Part shown: positions 1-11,375 of the stretch, piece by piece
Numbering within the stretch: the first letter of the stretch is position 1
Layout of the letters: the number at the start of each line of letters is the position of its first letter
Source: Sphyrna mokarran
Taxonomy: Eukaryota
DNA: 64,000 nt
Direction: 5' to 3'
Assembly: GCA_024679065.1 (NCBI GenBank)
Contig: JAGIQG010000026.1
Span: forward strand, 18,724,001-18,788,000
The notes under the pieces: model-generated
What the model was told of the DNA's origin: nothing
What the model saw: only the letters and a program-made list of their open reading frames with translations
Databases searched by the model: none
Position numbers and translations under genes: made by a program

Positions 1-172
1 CTGATTTCCTTCCACAGTCCGAAAGCCATGCTGGTTAGCTGCATTGGCCATGCTACATTCTCCCTCAATGTACCTGAACAGGTGCCAGAGTGTGGCAATT
101 AGCGGATTTTCACGGTAGCTTCATTGCAGTGTTAATGTAAGCCGACTTGTGATACTAATAAATAACCTTTAA
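1..172 (+). mobile_element. HE1-type SINE, 3' part (tail type B)
   Basis: cacagtccgaaag..ctggttag..cattggccatgcta..ttttcacggtag..tgtgatactaataaataa. Confidence 0.85.
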
Positions 173-629
173 CTTCTGTTAAATCTCAAAAGGTGAATTC
201 CTGTTGCACCAATTAGAAGAGTATGCTCTCTTCACCTCCAGTTCCAACTTTGGTTGCAATGTTATCAAAGTAAAGCCTCGATATAAATATTCATGTGATT
301 TAAAAAGACTTCTCCCAAATTGTCTTTCAGAATGGAAATGACACAATTTGCAATAACTCGAAACAATGAAACTTGCTTTGATTACAGCCTTTGTGGTAAA
401 TATTGCATTAAATCTTCTACACAAAAATAAATGCAACCGTCACTTAGCTTAGGTCTTTGTGAAAAGGAAATTGCATGTATTTCACAGGTAACATTTCAGA
501 TCCCAGCTTGCATCAAAAAAGTTGCTATTATGGTAAAAAAAAATTTCTTTGTATAAAAATATTTTTTTCTAAGTGTATTTTCCCCAAACTTCTTGTCTGG
601 AAATAACTGAACACACAACAGAGTTAATA

Positions 630-1265
630 CGGAAGAGAGAGAGAGAGGAGGAAGACAAGAGGAGAGAGCGAGGAGGTGAAGGAAGGAGGGGTAGTGAGGG
701 TAGAAGCAGGAGGGCAACAGTGAGAGGAAGGACGGGGGATGCAAGGGCAAAAGAGGGAGGAAAGGCAAGGGAGGGGAGAGAGGGCAGGAAGGGAGAGAAA
801 AAGGGAGAGCATAGACAGACGGGAGAGGTGAGTTGGGAGGGAATGAACCATAAGAGAAAGAAGGAAGCAAGAGTGCAGAGTGAGGTGAAGGGCAGATGGG
901 GAGTGAAGATTTGGAATGGCAAGGTTGGGAAGGGGAAGGAGCGCAGGAATGGGGTGGAAGAACAAGCAGGGACAGTGGATAAGGGGGAGGGAGAATACAG
1001 GGAGGGACACAGGGCAAAAAGAGGAGTGCAAGAGGGGGATTGAGGACAAGGTAGGGGTAGAGAGAGCACGAGGGGTGGGCAGTGAGGGCAGGGGAGTTGG
1101 AGTCAGGGTAAGAGACGGAGAGTGAGGGAAAGAGGGAGGGAGTGAGGGAAAGGGAGGGGTGAGAGATGCAAGTGGGGGTAGCAAGGACAAGGGTGGGGAG
1201 CAAGAGTGTAGGAAGGGGAGTGCAGGCAAGAGAGATGGATGAGCAAGGGAGGAGTGAGGGCAAAG
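630..1265. repeat. GA-rich polypurine low-complexity tract
   Basis: Mostly G/A on the + strand. Source of the spurious Pro/Ser/Leu-rich and Arg/Glu/Gly-rich ORFs. Confidence 0.9.
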
Positions 1266-1334
1266 GAAAATAAATGGTGATGAGGACTTGAGCTCACAAA
1301 AAGGAAGGAGTTTGTAAAAATCTGGCAAATAGAG

Positions 1335-1620
1335 CATCATGTGGGCAATGTGAAATTGTCCATTCTGGCAGGAAGAATAAAAATGATACTATTTAAATGG
1401 TGAATGATTGCACAGGGATGTACGTGTTCTAATTCATGCATCACAAGTATAGCAAGTATTAAGAAAATAAATAGTACTTTATTGTTTATTGTAACAAGAT
1501 TTGATTCTGTCTCAGTTATATAGGGCATTGGTGAGACATTCAGTGTAGTGAGTACAATATTGGTCTCCTTACTTAAGGAAAAATGTAAATATATTGGAAG
1601 CAACTCAGTGAAAGTTTAGA
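1335..1620 (+). mobile_element. Highly decayed CR1 LINE fragment
   Basis: CEIVHSG motif near 1349 and QYWSPYLRKNVNILEATQ near 1555-1608. Confidence 0.6.
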
Positions 1621-2134
1621 ACTTTAGTCACGGGGACAATCTTACCTAAGTGCCAACGAGTATGAAAATGGGAGAGAATCACACCCATTTCTTGGGCAAA
1701 CTTTTAAACAGTATATTATGCCACTTAGTGCAATGAAAGAAACAAAGTGTGATTCACATCAGAAGGGGGAGTGGACAGAATATATTCTTGCCAGGAAATC
1801 ACAGCTAACTGCAAGGGGCACTATTGCACATGTCCTTTGATCTCTTGGTGTCCTGTTGTACAAGTGTGCATAGAACACTGAGAGATCTGTCACTATCTTC
1901 ACCCTTCCCCTGGGCTTCCCCCCCCTCCCACTCCCCTCGGACATTGTCCTGCCCTGATTGCTGGCCTTCCTTGCTAATTGATGACTGCCATTAAACCACC
2001 CCTCCCCATGCACACCCATTTATCAATTGCCCAGGGGACATCCAGTCCCACCAGCAAGGCAATCACAACAGGTCCTCATTGCTGGGATTATATGTAATCC
2101 TCACTGGTGAAGACCTCCACTCGTATAATCGGCC

Positions 2135-2560
2135 AGCAGGAAGGAGGAGAGATTTGGGAAGGTGAAGAAATGGGAGGAGGGGAAGAAGAAAAGTGAAGGT
2201 GAAGATACAGTGACTACTGGCCTGAGTGTGGAGGGAGAATGGGAGGGTAGAGAGGGTGTAGAGGGAAGGAGAGAGAGGGAAGAAGGGGAGAAATGGAGAG
2301 AGGTATGGAGGGAGGGATGATGAGGGTGTTGAGGGAGAGCATGCAGACGGAGTGAGAAAGTAGAGGGAGGGAGAGGGTGCAGAGGGAGAGAGGAAGGAGG
2401 GGGTGGAGAGGAGGGTGTGGAAGGAAAGGTGTGGAGAGGGAGGAAGGAAGGAAAAGGGTGGAGAGAGTTGGAGGAAGAGGGAGAGGTAAGGGAATGGAGA
2501 GTGAGGAGAGGGAGTACAGGAAGGGAAGGAGGGAGGGAGGTAATGAGGGAGGGAGGGGGG
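2135..2560. repeat. GA-rich polypurine low-complexity tract abutting the promoter
   Basis: ggagggaga/ggaagg-type runs ending in GGGAGGGAGGGGGGG next to the promoter. Confidence 0.9.
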
Positions 2561-2906
2561 GTGCCGTGTGGAGGGTGTGTCTTAGCTGGGCAGTGATTGG
2601 TCAATGGGAGGTGAGTGGGCGGGGCTGCTGGCGGAGAAGGCGGGGCCAGTGCGGAGGGAGCAACCAATCAGGCGGAGGCTGCACTTTCCCCCCGCCGCCG
2701 CTGAAAAGTGGCGAGAATTTGGGTTTGGATTTGGAGAGGAGCGGGAGAGAGAGAGACAGAGTGGCAGCCCCGCGGTACCCAGCCCCGCTCAGAGCCCAGT
2801 CTCACTCAGCACAGCCCCAGCAACTCCAGGCGCGCCGCGACACTGGCTCAGCTCCGAGTGATTATTAATCTCGATACAAGAGAGCAGCCTGTAAATAAAC
2901 TCCAGT
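2560..2906 (+). promoter_or_regulatory. TATA-less CpG-rich promoter and 5' UTR of the ROR gene
   Basis: Inverted CCAAT (ATTGG 2596-2600), GC boxes GGGCGGGG 2617-2624 and GGCGGGG 2639-2645, CCAATCA 2664-2670. Local CpG enrichment in an otherwise CpG-poor window. Confidence 0.75.
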
Positions 2907-2913
2907 ATGAGGG
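2907..2913 (+). CDS. Coding part of exon 1 of a ROR nuclear receptor (NR1F; ROR-beta-like), encoding M-R and the first base of the Ala codon
   Basis: agtATGAGGG|gtaagt: ATG with A at -3, in-frame TAA at 2892 upstream, consensus phase-1 donor at 2914. Joined to 57971 it gives [11 protein letters not shown], the N-terminus of ROR-beta1 (ROR-gamma-t begins [11 protein letters not shown]). It lies directly downstream of a CCAAT/GC-box promoter. Confidence 0.85.
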
Positions 2914-3244
2914 GTAAGTCAGTGACTGGGGGGGGGAGGAAATGAGGATGATTTAAATCAATAGAAACTTTTTCCATTCTGCGTGTTGGAGGTGAGTTTG
3001 TAGTTTATTACTGTTCTTCCCAAAGTGCAAGGAATGTTTCAAATCTTTGGGTGAAATCTCGGTAATAAATAATGAGGATTAAGTTTGAAGTCCCGATCTT
3101 TAGTCCGCGGCTCCTCCGCCCTGAGTGAGGCTGAATTTGTTGAAATTTTCTCACTCTCCAGTCTGGATTCTGGAATGAGCTGTGTACTGTCAGCTTCTGA
3201 TCTCTTAGCGAAATTACTCCTTTTCTAACCCGTTTGTATTTCAG

Positions 3245-3856
3245 TCAATCCTGATCCAGCCTCATTTCATCCCCATGTGTATATAATCCTGGTCCAGTCT
3301 ATATCTTCCATCTGTATAGAATCCTGATGCAGTCTACATATTCAGTTTCTATGTGTATATAATCCTGAACAAATCTGCTTATTCCATTTCCATGTGTATA
3401 TAATCCTGATCCAGTCTATATATTCCATTTGTATGTGTATATAATCCTGATCCAGTCTATATATTCCATTTGTATGTGAATATAATCCTGATCCAGTTTA
3501 CATATTCCATTTGTATGTGTATATAATCCTGATCCAGTCTATATATTCCATTTGTATGTGAATATAATCCTGATCCAGTTTACATATTCCATTTGTATGT
3601 GTATATAATCCTGATCCAGTCTATATATTCCATTTGTATGTGAATATAATCCTGATCCAGTTTACATATTCCATTTGTATGTGTATATAATCCTGATCCA
3701 GTCTATATATTCCATTTGTATGTGAATATGATCCTGACCCAATCGAGATATTCTATTTCTATGTGTATATCCCCCGATCCAGCCGATATATTTATTTCCA
3801 TGTGTATAAGATCCTGATCCAGTCTATATATTGCATTTGTTAGTATGTATAATCCT
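3245..3856. repeat. 41-bp minisatellite (about 15-16 units) with an 82-bp higher-order core
   Basis: ataatcctgatccag recurs at 3400, 3441, 3482, 3523, 3564, 3605, 3646 and 3687. Core units alternate cagtctatatatt..gtgaat and cagtttacatatt..gtgtat; edge units are degenerate. Confidence 0.95.
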
Positions 3857-6800
3857 TCTGTTGCAGTTTGCATTGAAGTGGTTCTTGCTGATTTAATATT
3901 GCATAACCTTGCATCCTGCACCCCAGTTTGCTGAGCGTTGATTTCCAGCATTGCTCCCATTTGAACGGCGTGGGTTACAAACTTGGTGTGCAACATTGTA
4001 TGCAAAATCTGCTGCTTACAACTTTGCCTCCTCTGCAAGCACATTGCTATTTACCGATCTGCTTTTGATCTGGAACTTTTGTTTATGTGCCTGTAGGTGT
4101 GTGCTCATCCCGCGCAGCTCTCTTATTCTGTGTGTATGTGTGTATGTATGTGTGTAAATCCGATATTGCTCTGATCTCTGCGCACTTTGTGCAATGGTGT
4201 ACTTTTTGATCGGGTTTATTTAAAATGATTATTTCAGCGTGTGCACTGCATCAAGGCAGGCGGTGTGCTGATCAGCTGCCAGACTGCCAGAGCGTCCCAG
4301 TGACCTAGATCTGTCAGAGGGGATCAGTCCGAGCGAGGGTGGGGGATGAGGGGCTGGGGGTCGCTAAGTGCTTCTGTGCCTCTCAGTCCTTGTGTACATC
4401 ATTGTTCAGTACACAATCAGGGCACAGACAAAGAAAAACATACACTTGCTCACTGCAACTAATGTGTGTACTGCAGCTTTTAATACAGTGTGGAGCAAAT
4501 GTCCACTTTTTTTTGTAAGAAATCAAAGTTCAAGGAGATTCCACCCTCCATTCCCCCGGCTGTATATTCAAAATAATATTGATTAGCTCTGAATTTTAAT
4601 AACTAAACTACTGGTTTAAGGGGAGTCCAGCCAATTCAATCACCATATCTAGGATTCGAGTGTATAGTCTAACTTAATTTTTTTTTGTTCATTTCCAGGA
4701 AAGATCGTTCACAAATATCATTTATTTATGTTTTAAATGTATTGTACTTCTCAAAAAAGGCAGAGATTTAACCAGGCTTTGATATCTCCTTGTTAAAGCT
4801 GAGCATAAGAAATTTATTTTTAAAACAAAACCAGAGTTTGACTTCTAGAAACAAAAATCAGAATATATGTAAAAAAGGATCCTGGGATGTTACCTTGTTT
4901 CCTATTTTAGGCACAGACTGACCTGCCCTGCATTTTCTTTCCATAAGGATGGTAAACATTCAATGTAGTTTATGTGGGCACCTTTTTGGGGGGACAAATA
5001 AGAATTTTGAGGAGATTCTCACTTAATGTATCATGCTATTTGTACAGTTGTTTGGTCTGTGCGTCTGTCCTGTAGCTACGAGCTTTAAGCTCACTGGCGT
5101 CCACTATAAAATGGAGGGTAGAAAGAATGAAGGAGGCAGAGGACTTTGTAGGTATTGGTACACTGCCTGGGCACCTTGTGAATTTTCCCATCAGCCAGAG
5201 TGTTCTAATTATTGTCTTGACTATAACAGAAGCATCAGGATATTGGGATGGTATAAAATCTAGGGTGCTGCCTGGTTGGCGATTTAAGCGAGTGGCTGTT
5301 ATAATCCTCTGCTGGGGAGGCAGATGGAGCCCTGTTGGTTTTGACTCCATCTGACGTGCAATAGGTGTGAATAAAATCGAAATGTTAGCGAAGGAAAGGC
5401 TCTAATTAGATTTCCGGGAGTAAAGACATTAAGCTACTTAGAGATAGCCATGTTATTTCAGTGCTGGATTTAGTGCATTTTGATTTTTTTTCCATTCGAT
5501 GTTTCACTCAGAGTAACAAATGATAAGCACTTCAAAAGTGAACTGCATGTTCAAAATGTACATGTTCCATTTTATACTAGCTGCGATACGTAGGTAGGAT
5601 GGTGCAGGAGCAGAATCTTAGATTGTTGAAATTTTTAAATTAGGATTTTTATCCCCTTATTCCCTCCCTTATTAGTTTTTTTCTACCTATCACATCTTGT
5701 TCGATTGGGGAATGAATGAATCTGCTTTAGACTTCTCCACGTTAACCCTCCCCTTCCCCAGATGTAAATATTACATCATTTGCAAAGTCCTTCACCTCCT
5801 GGCCTGAAAGACAACTGACAACGTGAAACTTACAACTTCACCAATGCCATTACCATCTCTGTCATCCCTTTGTGGTCACTAAAATCTAAATGTGCCACAG
5901 TGTTGAAATTTCCCTTCCCACCTGAACAGATATGAGAAGAAAAAACTTGTATTACATTATTTGAAAAATTAATTGATCTCAAAAAAAAGTCTTCATATCT
6001 GATTTGAAGTGCCTCATTAAACTGAAGCCTCTTCAGTAGTATACAGCTACTTGCCTGTACAAAGTAGCACAATAGATGTCAGAATGCAGAAGTCATGTTT
6101 TTAAGATAAAATTCAAGTTGCAGAATTTGGTGATTTGCGCATCAGATTTGAGGATAAATTGTCTAGTCAGAATGTCGTTCCTTTCTCGACTAACATTTTC
6201 CGAAAATCTCAATGTCAGGGTTTAATCACACAACAGTATTTGCTCTTCAGGTCTGTTCCATTGTGAAACTGTTCCGATTTCAAAGTTCATTGCATCAAAC
6301 GCAATTGATTGACAGCTTGTAGAACCAAACATATTAAAACAAAACATCAACGCCTTCTATAGAACCGTTCAGTACACGACCAGGGTGGAGTCAGATTCTG
6401 TATGAGCACCAGAATTGCACAGATGGTTAAGAGAAAAATGGAGCATTGCCATTTCATTGGTTATATAACCATACAGTCAGAATCCAGCCAAGGTTGGTCT
6501 GTTACTGATAAATTTATTGTGGAGATATTTAGCATTACACAGATGATTCCATTGGGATGATGCACTGTATTTTTCCAGTTTTTTTTAACGATCTTCTTAA
6601 AGCTTGAACCTTTTAAAAAAATCCCAACTTCTTCTGTTTTCTCGTGCTAATTAATTTCACTTTTGAATATTGAATTTAACTTGTTGACCGCATAAGAATA
6701 AAAATAATTACCTTTTCAAAGAATGTATCAACTGTTAATGTACACTGTACCAGTGCTAACACTCAGCCTTTGGAGTTTATATTTTCTTAATTGACTATTT

Positions 6801-7163
6801 TTACCATAGTACAAAAATGAATATTAACTCTTGGTTCTCTGAACAAAATTTTACACCATGATAGGCTTGCTAGTGACAATGGAAGATTGTGTGGATGAAC
6901 GCATTATGGTAGCTTGTATTATTAAGGACTGGGAACAAGATCTCTTCCCTTACTAAAGTGAACCCTTCACTTGTCAGGGCCCCTCTTTGACCATAACTTT
7001 AAAAAAAAGCTCACTCCTGCCACAGCTGCAGCCACGAAACTAGGGTTTGGGATTTTGTCAAGATTGTTGGAAAGATATTCTTTGGAGCATGGTCAATTAT
7101 CAAAAAAAAAGCATGCACAGAGCTCAACCGTTGTGCTTTTTCTTGTTAGAGGGTTGTAAATTT

Positions 7164-7440
7164 GGTGGCAGGGTGGCACAGTGGTTAGCACTGTCGCTTC
7201 ACAGCACGAGGGACAAGGGTGAGTGACTGTCTGTGTGGAGTTTGCACGTTCTCCCTGTGTCTGCGTGGGTTTTCTCTGGGTGCTCTGGTTTCATCCCACA
7301 ATGATGTGCGGTTAGGTTGATTGCCCATGCTATATTGACTATAGTGTGAGAGGATTAGCAGGGTAAATATTCAGGATTGTTATCAGTGCGGACTTGATGG
7401 ACCGAATGGCCTCCTTCTGCACTGTATGAATTCTATGATT
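7164..7440 (+). mobile_element. HE1-type tRNA-derived SINE (CR1 tail, type A)
   Basis: ggtggcacagtggttagcactg A-box head, central tgtgtggagtttgcacgttctcc domain, aatggcctccttctgcactgta..attctatgatt tail. Confidence 0.9.
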
Positions 7441-10400
7441 ATAAATGTTTGCTCGATAACCTGAGGAGAAACCTACAGAAGCAGGTCTTTTTGATGGAAC
7501 TTTGATTTGTTTGCTAATGAAATGAATCAAAAACTAGCAGCTTTGATTCTGAAGACAGTTTGACCCTCACCTAAAGCACTCAGTATGGCAGGAGAGAAAG
7601 AAGTTCTCTGTGGAAAAAAGACATTTACAGAAGCATTGTATCAGGAATAGTAGCATTGGTCGTAAGGACTTATTTCTTTTGGGATATTTTCCCATCAATA
7701 TTTTGGTTTTGTACAAGCTGCAAGACATCTTGCACAGGAATGAGTGATGGCAATATCAGGGTGAATTCTTTAGATGCAGCTGGTTTTGTTCTGTTTCATT
7801 TGATATTCATATTAGTGTAATACCATTTAATAAGCTTTAGGTCAGGGAAGATTGTTTTGAACAAAAATTTCTGATGTCGGATGATAAAAAGATAAGTAAA
7901 TGTAGGGATCAAATATTCTTAACAGCATTTGGAAGGCCCGTGAAGGAACTAGCACAGCATAAAAGAGATAATACTTGCATTGATAAGAAGCAAGCATCTA
8001 TCTTTATGAATGGGAAATCAGGGTTAACTGGGAAGTCTTGGCAACCAAATCTAATCTGCTCTGGCATGGACTTGCAATGTTTTTGCCTGCGATAGGAACT
8101 GTCGCCACTCATCCAGCCGATTTGGTAGATTATTAGCACACGAGTCATTCATGAATGGGTGACAGCCCAAATCAGTCTCTGGAAGGTGTTTATTAATTTA
8201 TATATATATCCAAAAACATGTTTTGACAGAATTATTTATTCCAGCCTCGCCCGATTAAGAATGAAGTCTAGATGCTGTCTGTTTCTAAATGTATTTTGAA
8301 ACCTTTCTAATATTTGAGTTCAGTGCTTTTTTTTAAAAAAATCAAAACACGGCACATTGCTCAATGACTTTACATTGGTGATTCGAGTAAGAATGAAGCC
8401 AAGCAATAATTGTGATATACGGTTCCTCAAGAAGGTCTAGTTTCAGTTCTTCGTATTGTGACTTCCTGTTTACAGATTATTAATTTGCACATATTAAAAC
8501 TGAAATCCATTCCAGGAGTGCGTCGTTGAGTATGTGTCGATCAACATTGGAAAAAATATACTGATTTATTTTGAACATTTCTTGGGGCTTTTTTCTCCTC
8601 TGACTCAGTGGGTGGGATTTGACAGTCTCGCTTATCCCAAAACCATGAAATCCTGCCAGGGGTCAATGGACCTTTCCATTGTCCGTCTCTTGCTCGCTCC
8701 CATTCCCGCGGGGCAGTAAAATTCCAGCCAGTATGTCATTCGATGCTCAGCTAATTTTAATTCTATAGATCTAATCACCTTAGCGACATTAATCTCTTCA
8801 CTTGCACTGAAAAGATCAACACAAAATGTTTTAAATTTATTAAACAGCTTGCCACAAAATTCAATAAATCTGTTTCCTTTATCATCAAAGTTTATATTTT
8901 GTATTACCAAACACTTTGAATAATGAGTAATTCAACGTAATCAGAATGTATAGTTTGCACCATAAAGTTACCATGTGTTTAATAGCTGGTGCCTAATTAG
9001 CAAAATAAATGATTTTTCTGAAAAGACATCTTATTTGGAAGGTACAGTTCCTGCATTCTGCATAAAAGCAAGTAATAAAGAAGTCATTTGTAATGGCACA
9101 TGGGATTCAATTACAGGGTGCAGAATATAAAACTGCATAGTTGAAAGAAAGACTTGGATTTATTTAGCATTCAACATAACCCTAGGACATCCCAAAGCGC
9201 TTTACAACTAATTAAGTACTTTAAAAGCTTAGTCATTGTTGCCATGTATTCGGTAAAAGATGTTAAATGTTAGCGCTTTTTTAAAAAAATGCATTATTCT
9301 GATGGGAGGCATTTTACCTCAGTTTATTCCATGAAAGATTTGCGGCGTGAAATTTGAAGCCCCCCCCCCCCCAAACCCATTTATAGGAGGGAATCAGTGA
9401 GATTAAAAGTGAGAGCATCCCCCCCTCACCCACCAAAAGAGACATTGGCTCCTGTACGATGCTAAAGCCAGTGGGTTTACAAGATGTTGCTACAATGTCT
9501 TCACTGCCCTTTGTAGAATCTTCTGTTAAGAGCTACTACCAGAAATTTGATCTTTCTGTCAGAAAAGCAGCAAACTGAATGCAAGGCAGCTGAACCATAA
9601 AGAGACTGATGAAGCAATTGTGAAGAAAAGACAGACTCAAAACATTCACCCTATTTCTCACTCCACAGACGCTGTCAGGCCTGCTGAGTTTCTCCAGCAC
9701 TCTTTGTTTTCATTTCATAAAGAATCTTTGCTTTTCACAGAATAAGCGAATCTCAGCTTAATTATTTTTTAACACAGATTTGACAGACATGTATTTCTAA
9801 ATTTGATAAGAAAACAGCGCTGTGGGCAATAATGATTGTTTTACTGCATATCCTCTGGGGCTGAATTAAATTGTTTTATCCTGAACTGCGCAGTGAGCGA
9901 AGCACAATGGCCTATTCGTTTGCCAGTGAAACCAAATTGTTTTGCTGCACCTTTTTGATATGAGGGCAAAATGTCTCATTTAGCTGCTTTGTTATGTAGA
10001 TTTGGAGTCATACTTTGGGCTGCCAAAGCTGCGGTCAAATTCACCAAGCTTCCCATTGAGGCTGGGTTACAGGGAACTACAAGTTTGCTGATGCCTGCCT
10101 GTCAATGCAAAAACGATGTTCTCAAGTTGTGAACATTGGCCCTGTCTGCATCTTAGAAACTTATTGTCGTTACTATGACTTTATTTTATATAAACACATT
10201 GGGCTGGATTTTATGGGCTCATTGCCTGGCATGTTTTTGCCAGGGGAGCAATGGACATGTAAAATAGGGTAAGCACCAACCCCATCACCTGCCCACTCAC
10301 CCCCAAATAATCAGGGGTCCATTGAGCTTGTTGGTAAGCCCATTGACTGTCTTAATATGCTGCCCACACCACACTATGTTTGGCAGGGTGGGAATGGTCT

Positions 10401-11053
10401 TTTTAAACGGCCTGGAATGTGCTGCCTAGAAGGATGGTAAAGGAAGGTTGCCTCACATCCTTTAACAAGCACTTAGCATATCATAACATTCAGGATAATG
10501 GGCCAAGTGCTGGCAGATGGGATTAGGTGGGAATTCAGGTGTTTCTAATGTTTCAGTGCAGACTTGATGGGTTGAAGGGTCTCTTCTGTGCACTATAGTT
10601 CCATGGAAGAGAGTTCACATTTGTGCACGGGGTGGGAGGTGCGTTGAGGGTGCTAGCCTTCCCTACGATTGTATCTGTCCTCCCTGTCTGCCCTGTAAAA
10701 CATACCACACTACCGTAGGACCTGGACTTCCCTGACTCTGGGATCAATGGGCTGCCTTCCTGAGCCTGCTTTCCATCCTGGCAGCATCCATGAATGCACA
10801 CTGGGATTGCTAGAACTGCCAACTGGCCAGCAGCGCCTGAGGGCAGGACATCCTCCCTACTGTGGGATGCAAGTCCTCAGGCAGCTAATTTAGCCTACCC
10901 CACAGTAAGTGCAGGGCAATAGACCTGGAGCAATTTGATTCCACATCAAGTTTGCTTCCAAGAGTGGAGGGTGAAACCTCCACCTCCCATTAATATAATG
11001 CCACCTGTTGTCCTTTTATAAGAGAAAGTCATGGAACAGATGCAAACCAAATG

Positions 11054-11375
11054 ATCATAGAATCCCTACAGTGCAGAAAGAGGCCATTCAGTCCATTGAG
11101 TCTGCACCAATAACAATCCCACCCATGCCCTATCCTCGTAACCGCACTTATTTACCCTGCTAATCCCCCGACACTAAAGGGCAAGTTAGCATGGTCAAAC
11201 CATCCGCTTATCTTTGGACTGTGGGAGAAAACTGAAGCACTCAGAAAAAACCCACGCAGGAGAACGTGCTAACTCTACACAGACAGACAGTCACCCAAGA
11301 CCAGAATTGAACCCTAGTCCCTGGCGCTGTGAGGCAGCAGTGCTAACCTGGTCCCTGGCACTGTGAGGCCGTGCT
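11054..11375 (-). mobile_element. HE1-type SINE (type A)
   Basis: Reverse complement of the HE1 head, body and CR1 tail, with a short internal duplication of the head. Confidence 0.88.

Noticed and set aside
496-1340. Long overlapping ORFs (up to 255 aa) rich in Pro/Ser/Leu or Arg/Glu/Gly
   Set aside because: Artefacts of the GA-rich tract, which lacks stops in several frames; no domain similarity.
2101-2917. ORFs of 69-188 aa over the promoter
   Set aside because: Low-complexity or GC-rich artefacts. An in-frame TAA at 2892 precedes the ROR ATG, so they are not N-terminal extensions.
2985-2997. Second donor-like site gag|gtgagt at 2992
   Set aside because: Extending exon 1 to it introduces an in-frame TGA, and nearby ATGs stop before reaching it.
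3245-3856. Regular repeats resembling a CRISPR array
   Set aside because: Units are contiguous near-identical 41-mers with no unique spacers, no cas genes are present and the DNA is vertebrate.
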